Of a stretch of DNA of 64,000 nucleotides, positions 1 to 9,193 are shown piece by piece. A program made the position numbers and the translations under genes. The notes beneath the pieces are model-generated. The model made no database searches. It saw only the letters and a list, made by a program, of their open reading frames with translations, and was not told where the DNA came from. How positions within the stretch are numbered: position 1 is the first letter of the stretch; each line of letters opens with the position of its first letter. Location: positions 5,696 to 69,695 of the forward strand of contig CAIMLT010000003.1 in the NCBI GenBank assembly GCA_903842445.1, read 5' to 3'. Source of the DNA: an uncultured bacterium. Its GTDB lineage: Bacteria > Patescibacteriota > Minisyncoccia > Moranbacterales > UBA2206.

Positions 1-1516
1 TCGTATAAGCCACTGCCATTAATTTTTTTTTAATCCCTGGGGTCTTTATAGCTAAATCATATCCGACTTGTTTTTCCAAATATTTTTTGTCAGTTTTTTC
101 ATCTGCAATATTAATTTCAATTTCAGGAAAATATTTCTCAAGATATTTTTTCGTCATCATCCCCTCTTTGCCATAGCCCAAAATCAAAACTTTTTTTGCG
201 CCAGTTAGCTTAAATTTGGCTGGTAGAGTTAATGCATTATTTGAAGCAAAAACTCTTTTTAAAAGCGTGGCTGGATTTTTTATTTTACCACTAAACTTAT
301 TTATGATAAAACTATCCGCAAAGTTATCCTTGGCTAAAAATATAGCAGCGCGCGCTTCATCAAATGTGCCGACACAATCAAATGGCTTCATTTTTCCATA
401 ACCTAAAATATCCGAGAATGTATCCACTAATTTTTCATCCTTATATAAATTCTTGCCAAAAATTCCTACCAAATCTTTCCTGGAAAGAAAAGCCGAAAGC
501 AATGTCCACACAAAAACACACTTGGGGCATTCTCCACACCAAAGCGTATTTGGCCGTTCTTTGCAGATGCGAAAATTTCGATTGCAACTTGAGAAGATGA
601 AAAAATATTTTTTATATTTAGCAAACATTTCCACGATTCTGATTTCATAATAGGGTCGCAAAAGAGAAAAATATAGAATGTCGGGACAAATAAATTTCCT
701 AGTATAATCTTGGAAAAGCTTTTCAAATTCGGACGATTTACTCCACTGATGGTTAACCTCCTCACCAAGATATTCTATATTGCCAAAATTACTGCTATAC
801 TCATTACCCACGATAACATAAGAATAGTCATAGATAACTGCGGAAAAATAACCCAAAAAAGCAAAGATAGCGGAAATTGGAATGTGTCCATTATGCGCTC
901 CCTCAATTGGTCTCATAATTTTTTCATCCATCTGTCGATTAAGGAACACTTTATCGATATTCATCTCATCAATCACTTTTTCGGAAATTGGATCTTTTTT
1001 TTGTGTTTCGACGAGTAAAGCCGCAACATCTTCTTTTTGTTTTTTCAAAAGTTCAAAAACAACAATTGAGTCCTTCCCTCCACCAATTCCAACGAGTGCC
1101 CTGTTTTTTCTTTCTAGCCTTTGCGCTCCAGGCTTAATTTTTTTATCATATGGAAAGTTAATAAGTCTCCTCGAGCTTATTTTATTGGTATAGAAAAATT
1201 CTCCTAAGCCTTTTCTATAGACTGTATCCCAAAACTCTGCCTGTTCTTTCGAAAGAGCAAAGGAGGTTTTTATTTCAGTTGGCAAATAAAGTTTGTAATA
1301 ACTTATACCCAAAATAAGTTGCACGCCAATCAATAAATTTTCCAAAAGTTCTGGTGGAATTTTAGTAATTGAAAAAGATTTTGGAAAAATAATAGCTTCT
1401 GAATACTTAATCACCTCGTGATTGGCAAACTTTACCTCATATTCAAAAACCACCCTGGCCTTTTTTGGCTCCAGAGTGTGAGTCGTAAATTCAAAAGTTT
1501 TTGGAATTAGCTTCAT
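1..1516 (-). CDS. MurL (UDP-MurNAc-L-Ala-L-Glu epimerase)-like domain fused to the N-terminus of a MurD-like ligase; 3' end lies beyond the left edge
   Basis: Not in the ORF track, consistent with no stop inside the window. Manual translation from ATG 1516 gives MKLIPKTFEF..., a PP-loop ALVGIGGGKDS, WCGECPKCVF and KPFDCVGT (MurL-like motifs). The same frame then gives KKVLILGYGKEG...YDLAIKTPGI, a MurD N-terminal domain. Confidence 0.75.
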   Translation of the reverse strand, partial: MKLIPKTFEFTTHTLEPKKARVVFEYEVKFANHEVIKYSEAIIFPKSFSITKIPPELLENLLIGVQLILGISYYKLYLPTEIKTSFALSKEQAEFWDTVYRKGLGEFFYTNKISSRRLINFPYDKKIKPGAQRLERKNRALVGIGGGKDSIVVFELLKKQKEDVAALLVETQKKDPISEKVIDEMNIDKVFLNRQMDEKIMRPIEGAHNGHIPISAIFAFLGYFSAVIYDYSYVIVGNEYSSNFGNIEYLGEEVNHQWSKSSEFEKLFQDYTRKFICPDILYFSLLRPYYEIRIVEMFAKYKKYFFIFSSCNRNFRICKERPNTLWCGECPKCVFVWTLLSAFLSRKDLVGIFGKNLYKDEKLVDTFSDILGYGKMKPFDCVGTFDEARAAIFLAKDNFADSFIINKFSGKIKNPATLLKRVFASNNALTLPAKFKLTGAKKVLILGYGKEGMMTKKYLEKYFPEIEINIADEKTDKKYLEKQVGYDLAIKTPGIKKKLMAVAYT

Positions 1517-1517
1517 C

Positions 1518-3092
1518 TTAAGAGCGCTTAATCACTTGCCCATTTCTATTTCCATTGTAAACCCCGCCTGCCAAAACAAGTTCTCCATTAATAATGACCG
1601 TGTCCACCCCTTTGGAATATTGATAGGGGTTTTTCACTGTAGCTGGACTTTTTATTTTATCTTGATCAAGAATAATTATATCAGCAAAATATCCTTTTTT
1701 CAAGGATCCTCGCTTTTTAAGACCAAATTTTTCCGCCGGCGCGGATGTCATTTTATAAATAGCACCTTCTAGCGTCAATATCTTATCTTTAATAACATAC
1801 TTTTCCAACACTCGCATAAATGCTCCAAAATTTCGTGGATGCACTCTTTCTCCGGTTTTAGCATGAAAAATATCATAGCCTGACCCATTGGTCGCAATAA
1901 AGGATAACGGATGAGCGATAGCTTGTTTGACATTTTCCTCACTCAAGACTTCCATGGAAGTAACCACCATCCCTTCTGAAGCAACTAAAATATCTATAAT
2001 AGCTTCTTCGACTGATTTTTCTTGATTCTGCGCAATCTCAGAAATATTATGTCGCGCCAAGGTTTTGTTCAATGGTGAAATAGCAATTTCAATCTTAGAA
2101 TAATCAAATTCAGATTCGCGCATCTCTGCAATTATTTTTGCTCGAATAACTGGATCCTTAAGTCTGTGTAGCATTATTTTTTTACCACCCTCACAAATCC
2201 ATGCCGGTAAAAAAGAATAAAGAACCGAGCCAGTTGCGGTGTATGGGTAAACATCGAATGTTATATCGATACCATCCTCTTTGGCTTTTTCAATTAAACC
2301 AAAAACTTCTGTCATCTTCGACCAATTTTTTTCTCCAATTACTTTTAAGTGAGAAATTTGCAGTTTAACTCCAGACTCCCTGGCAATTCGAATGGCTTCT
2401 TCGATTGCTTCCAAAATTTCTTTTTGTTCCGAGCGAATATGCGTAGCATAGATACCGTTATATTTTTTTACAATTTTGGCTAAAGCTAAAAGTTCGTCAT
2501 AAGGAGCTAGCCTTGCGTGGGAATAAATCAATCCAGTTGACATACCAAGCGCTCCTTCTTTCATCGCAGAACTCAATGTTTTGTTTAGAATTTCGATTTC
2601 CTTAGGTCGCATACTGCGCACCTCATCTCCGATAATTCCTCGCCGAAGTGTCGCATGACCGACTAGCGTAGCAAAGTTTGGAGAAATTTTCTTTTCACCC
2701 AAAAATGCCAATAACTCTCTAACTTTGAGCCAACTAACATTTATTTTCTTAACATCAACCCACTTCTGAATTGCATCAATCGTTGCTGGAGTGGAAAGAG
2801 GTGCCAGAGATGTTCCACAATTTCCTCCAACAATTGTTGTTATCCCTTGATAGATTAAGCTTTCCAGATGTGGATTTAAAAATATTCTCCAATATGTATC
2901 ACTATGATTATTCACGTCAATAAATCCAGGACAAACCGTTTTTCCCATTGCATCAATTTCAACACTAGCCATTTCGTCTTGCAAATCTCCAATTTTTTTT
3001 ATTTCATCCTCATTAACACCAATATCGGCGCGATATGCCGGCGCTCCCGTTCCATCAATAATATTGGCATTCCTAATAATGATATCGTACAT
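1518..3092 (-). CDS. N-acyl-D-amino-acid deacylase / D-aminoacylase (amidohydrolase family)
   Basis: N-terminal YDIIIRNANIIDGTG..., PGFIDVNNHSD, GITTIVGGNCG, HIRSE, HPRNFGAF, C-terminal GYFADIII...VIING. Confidence 0.85.
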   Translation of the reverse strand: MYDIIIRNANIIDGTGAPAYRADIGVNEDEIKKIGDLQDEMASVEIDAMGKTVCPGFIDVNNHSDTYWRIFLNPHLESLIYQGITTIVGGNCGTSLAPLSTPATIDAIQKWVDVKKINVSWLKVRELLAFLGEKKISPNFATLVGHATLRRGIIGDEVRSMRPKEIEILNKTLSSAMKEGALGMSTGLIYSHARLAPYDELLALAKIVKKYNGIYATHIRSEQKEILEAIEEAIRIARESGVKLQISHLKVIGEKNWSKMTEVFGLIEKAKEDGIDITFDVYPYTATGSVLYSFLPAWICEGGKKIMLHRLKDPVIRAKIIAEMRESEFDYSKIEIAISPLNKTLARHNISEIAQNQEKSVEEAIIDILVASEGMVVTSMEVLSEENVKQAIAHPLSFIATNGSGYDIFHAKTGERVHPRNFGAFMRVLEKYVIKDKILTLEGAIYKMTSAPAEKFGLKKRGSLKKGYFADIIILDQDKIKSPATVKNPYQYSKGVDTVIINGELVLAGGVYNGNRNGQVIKRS

Positions 3093-3096
3093 TTTT

Positions 3097-4095
3097 TTAT
3101 TTATTACTAATATACTCAGCCATTTCCACTAACCGGTTAGAATAGCCCCATTCATTGTCATACCAACCAACCACTTTCACCAGATTACCGCTTACCATCG
3201 TAAGCGGCAAATCAACAATTGCACTATGTGAATCTCCCCTAAAATCCATTGAAACCAGACCCTCATCGCTCACTGCCAAAATTCCATTCATCCCGTTTTC
3301 AGTTGCCTCGACAAAAGCTTCGTTTATTTCAGAAACAGTAGCTTCTTTTTTTAAATTACAAATAAAATCCACGATTGAAACAACCGGAGTTGGCACGCGA
3401 AGAGAAATGCCATCTAGTTTTCCCTCTAGGTGTTTCATTACTTTTCCAACAGTTTTCGCCGCTCCGGTAGTGGTTGGAATAATACTTAGTGCGGCTGCTC
3501 GCGCTCGACGCAAATCTCTATGTGGTAAATCTAAAATGCGCTGATCATTGGTATAGGAATGAGTTGTCGTCATGAAGCCTTTTTCTACTCCAAATTTATC
3601 ATCCAATATTTTTATCATCGGCGCCAAACAATTAGTCGTGCAAGAACCATTGGAAATAATTGTTTCAGTCTCATCATATTCATTTTCGTTGACACCCAAA
3701 AGATAAATTGGAATATCATCTTTTGGTGGCGCGCTAAGAATAACTTTTTTTGCTCCAGCTGTGAGGTGTTTCCCCGCCTTTTCCCGATCTTCAAAAACGC
3801 CAGTACACTCAAGAACTATATCAATCTCCAGCTCCTTCCAGGGCAATTTTTCCGGATTCAGTTCACAAATATATTTAATTCTTGTTCCATCAATAATAAT
3901 TTCCGAATTTTCTTCATCTATATTCATTTCGTGTTGATAGCGACCATAACTGGAATCATACTTAAAGAGATGGGCGGCGGTTTTGAGATCCATAAGATCA
4001 TTAATTGCTACGACTTCCAAATCTTCTTTTTCAAAGGCGATTTTTAAACTCAGCCGACCAATACGGCCAAAACCATTAATGGCGATTTTTGTCAT
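3097..4095 (-). CDS. gap: Type I glyceraldehyde-3-phosphate dehydrogenase
   Basis: INGFGRIGR, SCTTNCL catalytic motif, WYDNEWGYS. Confidence 0.98.
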   Translation of the reverse strand: MTKIAINGFGRIGRLSLKIAFEKEDLEVVAINDLMDLKTAAHLFKYDSSYGRYQHEMNIDEENSEIIIDGTRIKYICELNPEKLPWKELEIDIVLECTGVFEDREKAGKHLTAGAKKVILSAPPKDDIPIYLLGVNENEYDETETIISNGSCTTNCLAPMIKILDDKFGVEKGFMTTTHSYTNDQRILDLPHRDLRRARAAALSIIPTTTGAAKTVGKVMKHLEGKLDGISLRVPTPVVSIVDFICNLKKEATVSEINEAFVEATENGMNGILAVSDEGLVSMDFRGDSHSAIVDLPLTMVSGNLVKVVGWYDNEWGYSNRLVEMAEYISNK

Positions 4096-4130
4096 AAAAT
4101 CAAATATTAACTTATTATAAGCTTATTAAA

Positions 4131-4418
4131 TTATACATCAACATCAGTTATCTTCCAATTAACTCCGCTGGTTTTGATAATTTTAAACTTTGTTTTTTCC
4201 AGGATTGTGTTTTTTGCAATATTTTCTAAACCAAACTTAATATTTTCAATGTTAAGCTCATCAAAATGATTATCATGCTCATGCGCATGTTTGTGATTAT
4301 GCGGAACACTTTTGCTGCCAATTTCTAAGGAAACTGATTTTATTTTCCCCAATTTTTGCGCTAGAGCAATTGCCAAAACTTCATCAACTATTTCTTTGGC
4401 CAAAATGAAATCATGCAT
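4131..4418 (-). CDS. hypA: HypA-like nickel chaperone, atypical (His-rich loop, no Zn-finger cysteines)
   Basis: Probable start ATG 4418 gives MHDFILAKEIV...IKSVSLEIG, like the HypA N-terminus. Carries HNHKHAHEHDNH, has no Cys and lies in the hydrogenase cluster. Confidence 0.7.
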   Translation of the reverse strand: MHDFILAKEIVDEVLAIALAQKLGKIKSVSLEIGSKSVPHNHKHAHEHDNHFDELNIENIKFGLENIAKNTILEKTKFKIIKTSGVNWKITDVDV

Positions 4419-4419
4419 A

Positions 4420-4797
4420 TTATTTTTTCCATAACCCATGCATATTGCAACAGGCTCTTATCGTGAAATGTTCAGCTTCCAGAAAAAATTCAGCCACAGG
4501 ATCTGTTCCTGGCTCTAGAAATTTTCTGTATGCTCTATGCTCAGTAACAACCTCAATCCATTCAATATAATGTTCGGATTCCATTGGATGAAGAACACTC
4601 CCAACTTGAACAATCAATCCCAAATCGGTCTTTTCCACGATCGGCAAGTGCTTTTCTTGACCTTCTTCAATTTCTGTTTTTTCGACTTCCAACTTCATCA
4701 GTTGTCCACAACAAACTAGCTCTCCTCCACCGAAGCGAACAACTTCAACCATATTTCCACAAATATTACATTCATAGATTTGATTAAGCTCCGTCAT
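4420..4797 (-). CDS. dfx: Desulfoferrodoxin (2Fe superoxide reductase)
   Basis: YECNICGN..VCCG desulforedoxin site; EKHLP, HPM..EHYIEWI and CNMHG SOR-site ligands. Confidence 0.93.
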   Translation of the reverse strand: MTELNQIYECNICGNMVEVVRFGGGELVCCGQLMKLEVEKTEIEEGQEKHLPIVEKTDLGLIVQVGSVLHPMESEHYIEWIEVVTEHRAYRKFLEPGTDPVAEFFLEAEHFTIRACCNMHGLWKK

Positions 4798-4830
4798 ATG
4801 TTTTTTAAAATTAGTTAAAAATTAGCTTAT

Positions 4831-6090
4831 TCAGTGAACTGCGCAACTAATACAAGGATCGTAAGCTCGAATAAAAGCACGCAACTTTTTTTCTTTTTCT
4901 TTATCTTTTAATTTTAAAATTTGTGGGATGTATTCAGCAATGTCATCTTCGAGGTTCGAGAGAAATTGGGCAGTTGGAGTAATGATATTCACATTCTTCA
5001 CATAACCTTTGGCATCAACATCAACATGATAATAAAGTGTTCCGCGCGGCGCTTCAATGGCCGCAACACCTACTCCTTCGCAAACTTTATATTCTTTAGT
5101 TATAACCTCATTCAAATCGCTGTTCAAAAGCTCCAGCATAATCCGCTTTGATTCTTCAATTGATTGGATAACTTCCACCATCTGCGCCAAAATATTATGA
5201 AAAGGATTGTAATCTGGAAATGTCCAACCCAAACTTCTCAGATAGTTTGATGCATTATCTCTTAACTTCGCCCTATTATTGTTTATCCTGGCGATTGCTC
5301 CAACCATATAGCTCTGACCATTATGTTTGACGCGCTTAATCACTTCCTTCTGTTTTTGTAATTCTAAAAAGTTATTTTCAAATTTTTTAACTGAAATATG
5401 CAATCCCAAGTTAGAAATAACATCACCGTCATAAATCGCATATTCACCATTCTTACCCAAGGAAATATATTCGGTTACGCGAGAAAATTCCGGGATTTTT
5501 ATTCCTCTAAAAAACTCTCCCAAACTAAGTGCTATTTGCAGAATATCTTCAGAATCCCCAACCAGCTTTTTTAAAGCCTCTCTATCTGGCGCTTTTTTGA
5601 ATCCACCCACTTCATTGGTTAGCGGATGCACGACTCTACCGCCAACTATTTTCACAATTTCCATTCCATATTCGCGGATTTTAATCGCCATTTTTGCCTC
5701 TGCGGAATACTTGCTTATTAGCTCAATGTCATTATTCATATCTAAGAAATCAGCCAGCGACAAAAAGAAAAGATGCAGAGCATGCGAATGAATAAATTGA
5801 GCGTATTCCAAAAGCGTTCGCAATTTTTTAGTTTCGTATGTCACAGAAACCCCCATAGCGTTTTCGAGAGCTTTTATTGAAGTCAGGTTGTGAACTACCG
5901 GACAAATCCCACAAATCCGCTGAGCAATAAGTGGCATATCTTGATATTCTCGCCCAATAAGCACGCCTTCAATTAAACGAACTCCTTCCTGCACTTGAAA
6001 TTTAGCCGACTTAACGTCACCGTTGAGCACGCTCGCCATAAAGCCAGTATGACCCTCTATTTTTGCAATGTGGTTTATTTTTATCTTCAT
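4831..6090 (-). CDS. [NiFe]-hydrogenase large subunit (group 3b-like)
   Basis: KIEGH, L1 RICGICPVVH, EAPRGTLYY, IITPTAQ; L2 RAYDPCISCAVH at the very C-terminus. Confidence 0.93.
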   Translation of the reverse strand: MKIKINHIAKIEGHTGFMASVLNGDVKSAKFQVQEGVRLIEGVLIGREYQDMPLIAQRICGICPVVHNLTSIKALENAMGVSVTYETKKLRTLLEYAQFIHSHALHLFFLSLADFLDMNNDIELISKYSAEAKMAIKIREYGMEIVKIVGGRVVHPLTNEVGGFKKAPDREALKKLVGDSEDILQIALSLGEFFRGIKIPEFSRVTEYISLGKNGEYAIYDGDVISNLGLHISVKKFENNFLELQKQKEVIKRVKHNGQSYMVGAIARINNNRAKLRDNASNYLRSLGWTFPDYNPFHNILAQMVEVIQSIEESKRIMLELLNSDLNEVITKEYKVCEGVGVAAIEAPRGTLYYHVDVDAKGYVKNVNIITPTAQFLSNLEDDIAEYIPQILKLKDKEKEKKLRAFIRAYDPCISCAVH

Positions 6091-6122
6091 AATTTAATTA
6101 TACTTTATTTTTTACAATAAGC

Positions 6123-7052
6123 CTACTCAAACTTGCAAACAGCTTTCAACGCGCTTAAATCATCCGGAGAAAGCTGAGGATTTTCCATGTTTTGATCAGA
6201 GAGTAGATAATACATAATCGATTGCGGATCCTCGACATGTCCAACGCCTAAAGCATGTCCCAACTCATGCACAATCGTCAGGCGCAAATCGGCAAGTTGC
6301 TTAAACTGATACAAGCTGATCCCCTTGCCGTCATAGAGCCCTTTTTCAAATTCCCGTGAGCCGCCATATTTATTTTTGTATGTCGAAACATTAGCGTTAT
6401 ATTCATTCACAACTTTTTGCTCTTTTGAAACTAAAGCATTGGTTTTTCCAGCCAGACCATTCACTTCTGTCCGCTCTTTTTCGAGTTTATCGTATAATTC
6501 ATTAATTGTCTTCTTCTCTTTCGCTAGATCATTATACTCATCCTGCGATCCGCTATTTTTATTCCAATCCGCGACAGCTTTATTATAGTCCCTCAATTTT
6601 TTTTCATAAGCTACCACGTTGGCGTCATATTTTGCCATCTTCTTTTCATAGATTCCGGCTAAGTCCTCATATTGATTAGCAATTTTTTGGTGTGATATTT
6701 CCAACTGGTCTAAATTACTCGCCAATTTATCCGCCGCGTTCGAGGCAACCTGCCTCTCATCAAAAATCAAATTCAGCTTAAACTGAGCATCTGGCTTATA
6801 TTCAAATAAATTCTTCCCCGACTGCGTTTCCCAAATTTTTTCCGCCTCTCGAATCTCTGCCAAAAAATTATTCGCACTCAAATCAAACCTTGGATCAACT
6901 ATTCCAACAGCATATTGAAACGGCTTGGCACACGGCAAACCAATCCCGGTAAATTCCGAAACGGTTTCTCGCACGGAAGTTTTGTTTTGCAAAATTATCC
7001 CCCAAGCAGAAAAGAGAATTATAATAATGAAATATTGAAAAAATTTTTTCAT
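6123..7052 (-). CDS. Matrixin-family (M10-like) zinc metallopeptidase with N-terminal membrane anchor and central coiled coil
   Basis: HELGHALGVGH metzincin motif, SIMY Met-turn, hydrophobic N-terminus. Confidence 0.85.
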   Translation of the reverse strand: MKKFFQYFIIIILFSAWGIILQNKTSVRETVSEFTGIGLPCAKPFQYAVGIVDPRFDLSANNFLAEIREAEKIWETQSGKNLFEYKPDAQFKLNLIFDERQVASNAADKLASNLDQLEISHQKIANQYEDLAGIYEKKMAKYDANVVAYEKKLRDYNKAVADWNKNSGSQDEYNDLAKEKKTINELYDKLEKERTEVNGLAGKTNALVSKEQKVVNEYNANVSTYKNKYGGSREFEKGLYDGKGISLYQFKQLADLRLTIVHELGHALGVGHVEDPQSIMYYLLSDQNMENPQLSPDDLSALKAVCKFE

Positions 7053-7942
7053 CTTTTTTTTCTTTTGTCTTTTTTTTCTCTTTCTTCCAAATCATCTCTG
7101 AGGCCAAAAATCTCCGTCATATTTTGAAACTGTTCATCACTCATCATATTTTTTAGCATCGCACGCATAGCGGTTACATTTCCAGTTTCCCGAAGTCCGC
7201 GACAACCTTGGCACTGCGCCCTAGAACTTGGGCAAACTGCATTGCACCCACCCAGAATCATCGGACCAAAACAAGGTTTCTTGTCTAACAAAAGACATCG
7301 ATTACCTGCTTTTTTGCATTCCACACAAACCGGCTGATCGGGCAAGGTGGGAATTTCACCTTTGAGTAATTTCGGGATACACTTCAAAAACTCTTCACCA
7401 TTGATCGGACAACCCGGAAAAACAAAATCAACTTTTACAAAATTATTAATCTCACGAATTTCCGGGTTAGTAATCCCTTGTAAATATTTATAGACATGTT
7501 TTATCGTGCTCACTCCTTCGTGATAATTTTTCATCTCGGGGATTCCACCCATCGCTGCGCAATTTCCAAGCGCCACAAGCAGTTTCGCCCTTTTTCTGGC
7601 AGAAAGGAGTGTTTTTTCATTTTCCTTGGTTACCGGATTTCCCTCAACCAAAACTAAATCCAACATTCCGCCATCATCCTCCTCATCTTCAATCAAGCGA
7701 AAATCCACCAATTCAACTTGCTCTGTAAATTCCAAAAAGCGCACGCCAAGATCGAGAAGTACAAATTGGCAACCCTCGCAAGAAGTGAGGCTCACAATCG
7801 CCACACGCGGTTTTCCAGCCTCGACTTTCTTATTGGCTATTTTTGCCACTACGACTTTTTTTGTCTTAACTATTTTTTTAGCTTTAACTGCTTTAGCTCT
7901 CGTAGGTATTTTATTTTTTTCTTCGATTACTTTTATTTTCAT
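7049..7942 (-). CDS. [NiFe]-hydrogenase small subunit (group 3, delta-like) with Lys-rich N-terminal extension
   Basis: SLTSCEGCQ, VEGNP, ALGNCAAMGG, PGCPI, VCVECK..CLL...CFGP...GCNAVCP...CQGCRG. Confidence 0.9.
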   Translation of the reverse strand: MKIKVIEEKNKIPTRAKAVKAKKIVKTKKVVVAKIANKKVEAGKPRVAIVSLTSCEGCQFVLLDLGVRFLEFTEQVELVDFRLIEDEEDDGGMLDLVLVEGNPVTKENEKTLLSARKRAKLLVALGNCAAMGGIPEMKNYHEGVSTIKHVYKYLQGITNPEIREINNFVKVDFVFPGCPINGEEFLKCIPKLLKGEIPTLPDQPVCVECKKAGNRCLLLDKKPCFGPMILGGCNAVCPSSRAQCQGCRGLRETGNVTAMRAMLKNMMSDEQFQNMTEIFGLRDDLEEREKKDKRKKR

Positions 7943-8032
7943 AAGAATAGTTTTATTTGTTTTATTTCTCTTTGTATTCTAACAGATTTAACCTGATTTT
8001 AAAAATCCGGCAAATTACTCTATACTTAGCTT

Positions 8033-9193
8033 ATGGAGTTTGAATTTCCCCTAAAACAAAATAAAGTTATTTTAGCGCTTGGTGGAGAATCCGCTGGCAA
8101 TTTTTCGGTTTGCAATAAGGGTAAAGTTTATTTTTCCAAAGATTTTGGCGATTTACTGGTTGAAAGTAACTTAGCAAATTATAAAAAGGCGGTCTTGAAT
8201 TATCTGAAAAAACATAAGTTTAAGCCTGAAATAATCCTAATTGATCTCCATCCGCTTTTTCACACAACCCTTTGGGGCAAAATGCTCACTAAACAATATA
8301 AAGCCGAATGCATCCAAGTCCAACATCACCACGCCCATATTTTTTCCTCTATCGGCGACAGAATATTGCAATCTGCAATCTACCAACTACCTGATAAATT
8401 CTACGCTCTAGCCATGGACGGAACGGGACTTGGAACAGACGGGAAGATTTGGGGAGGAGAGGTTTTTAAAATTAGTTGTCATTCCCGCGCAGGCGGGAAT
8501 CCAGTCTCATATAATTCAGTTTATAAACTAAATTTACCCTTACACGAGAATACAATAAACTATACTGTCGAAAGAATTGGGCATTTGGAAAATCAAATTT
8601 TGGTTGGTGGAGATTTAGCAATTCAAGAACCAGCGAGAATGTTAATTGGAATTCTAAGTAAATTCCTGAACAAATCTGAAATTTATAATCTAACTAAAAA
8701 ATATTATTCCAAAAACGAATTTGAGGTAATTTATAGCCAACTTAGACAAAATTTCAATTGCCTCGAAACTTCCAGCACCGGAAGAATTTTAGATGCCGTA
8801 TCGCTGCTCCTAGGCTTTTGCGGAAACGAGAGAAAATATAAACATGAACCGATTGATCTACTGGAAAAAAATTCCACTAAACCCTATGAACTTAAGCCAA
8901 TTATAGAAAATAATGTTTTATTAACTACGCCGCTGTTTAAATATTTGATTAAAAATCTGCATAAAGATAAAAAAAGACTCGCCGCCATGGCACAGCTTTA
9001 TCTTGCGCAGGGACTACTTAAGATAATTAAATTAGCTGGTAATTTTGACATTTTTATTTCCGGCGGAATTGCCAAAAATAAAATTATTTCTAAATGCTTA
9101 GAATCCAAAGGCGCCTACGCCAGTAAAATCATCCCTCGCGGCGACGCCGGACTTTCTTTCGGACAATTGGTTTATTATTTATTGAATTATTAA
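8033..9193 (+). CDS. hypF: HypF C-terminal (Kae1-like carbamoyltransferase) half only
   Basis: DLHP, VQHHHAH, DGTGLGTDGKIWGGE, SSTGRILDAVS, SGG, GDAGLSFGQ. No acylphosphatase, Zn-finger or YrdC domains (386 aa). Confidence 0.85.
   Translation: MEFEFPLKQNKVILALGGESAGNFSVCNKGKVYFSKDFGDLLVESNLANYKKAVLNYLKKHKFKPEIILIDLHPLFHTTLWGKMLTKQYKAECIQVQHHHAHIFSSIGDRILQSAIYQLPDKFYALAMDGTGLGTDGKIWGGEVFKISCHSRAGGNPVSYNSVYKLNLPLHENTINYTVERIGHLENQILVGGDLAIQEPARMLIGILSKFLNKSEIYNLTKKYYSKNEFEVIYSQLRQNFNCLETSSTGRILDAVSLLLGFCGNERKYKHEPIDLLEKNSTKPYELKPIIENNVLLTTPLFKYLIKNLHKDKKRLAAMAQLYLAQGLLKIIKLAGNFDIFISGGIAKNKIISKCLESKGAYASKIIPRGDAGLSFGQLVYYLLNY
8478..8504. repeat. REP-like palindrome GTCATTCCCGCGCAGGCGGGAATCCAG inside hypF
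   Basis: ATTCCC-N8-GGGAAT core; translated in frame as CHSRAGGNP. Confidence 0.85.

Noticed and set aside
216-1193. Short ORFs listed in the first 1.2 kb
   Set aside because: All overlap the long minus-strand murL-murD frame that runs off the window edge.
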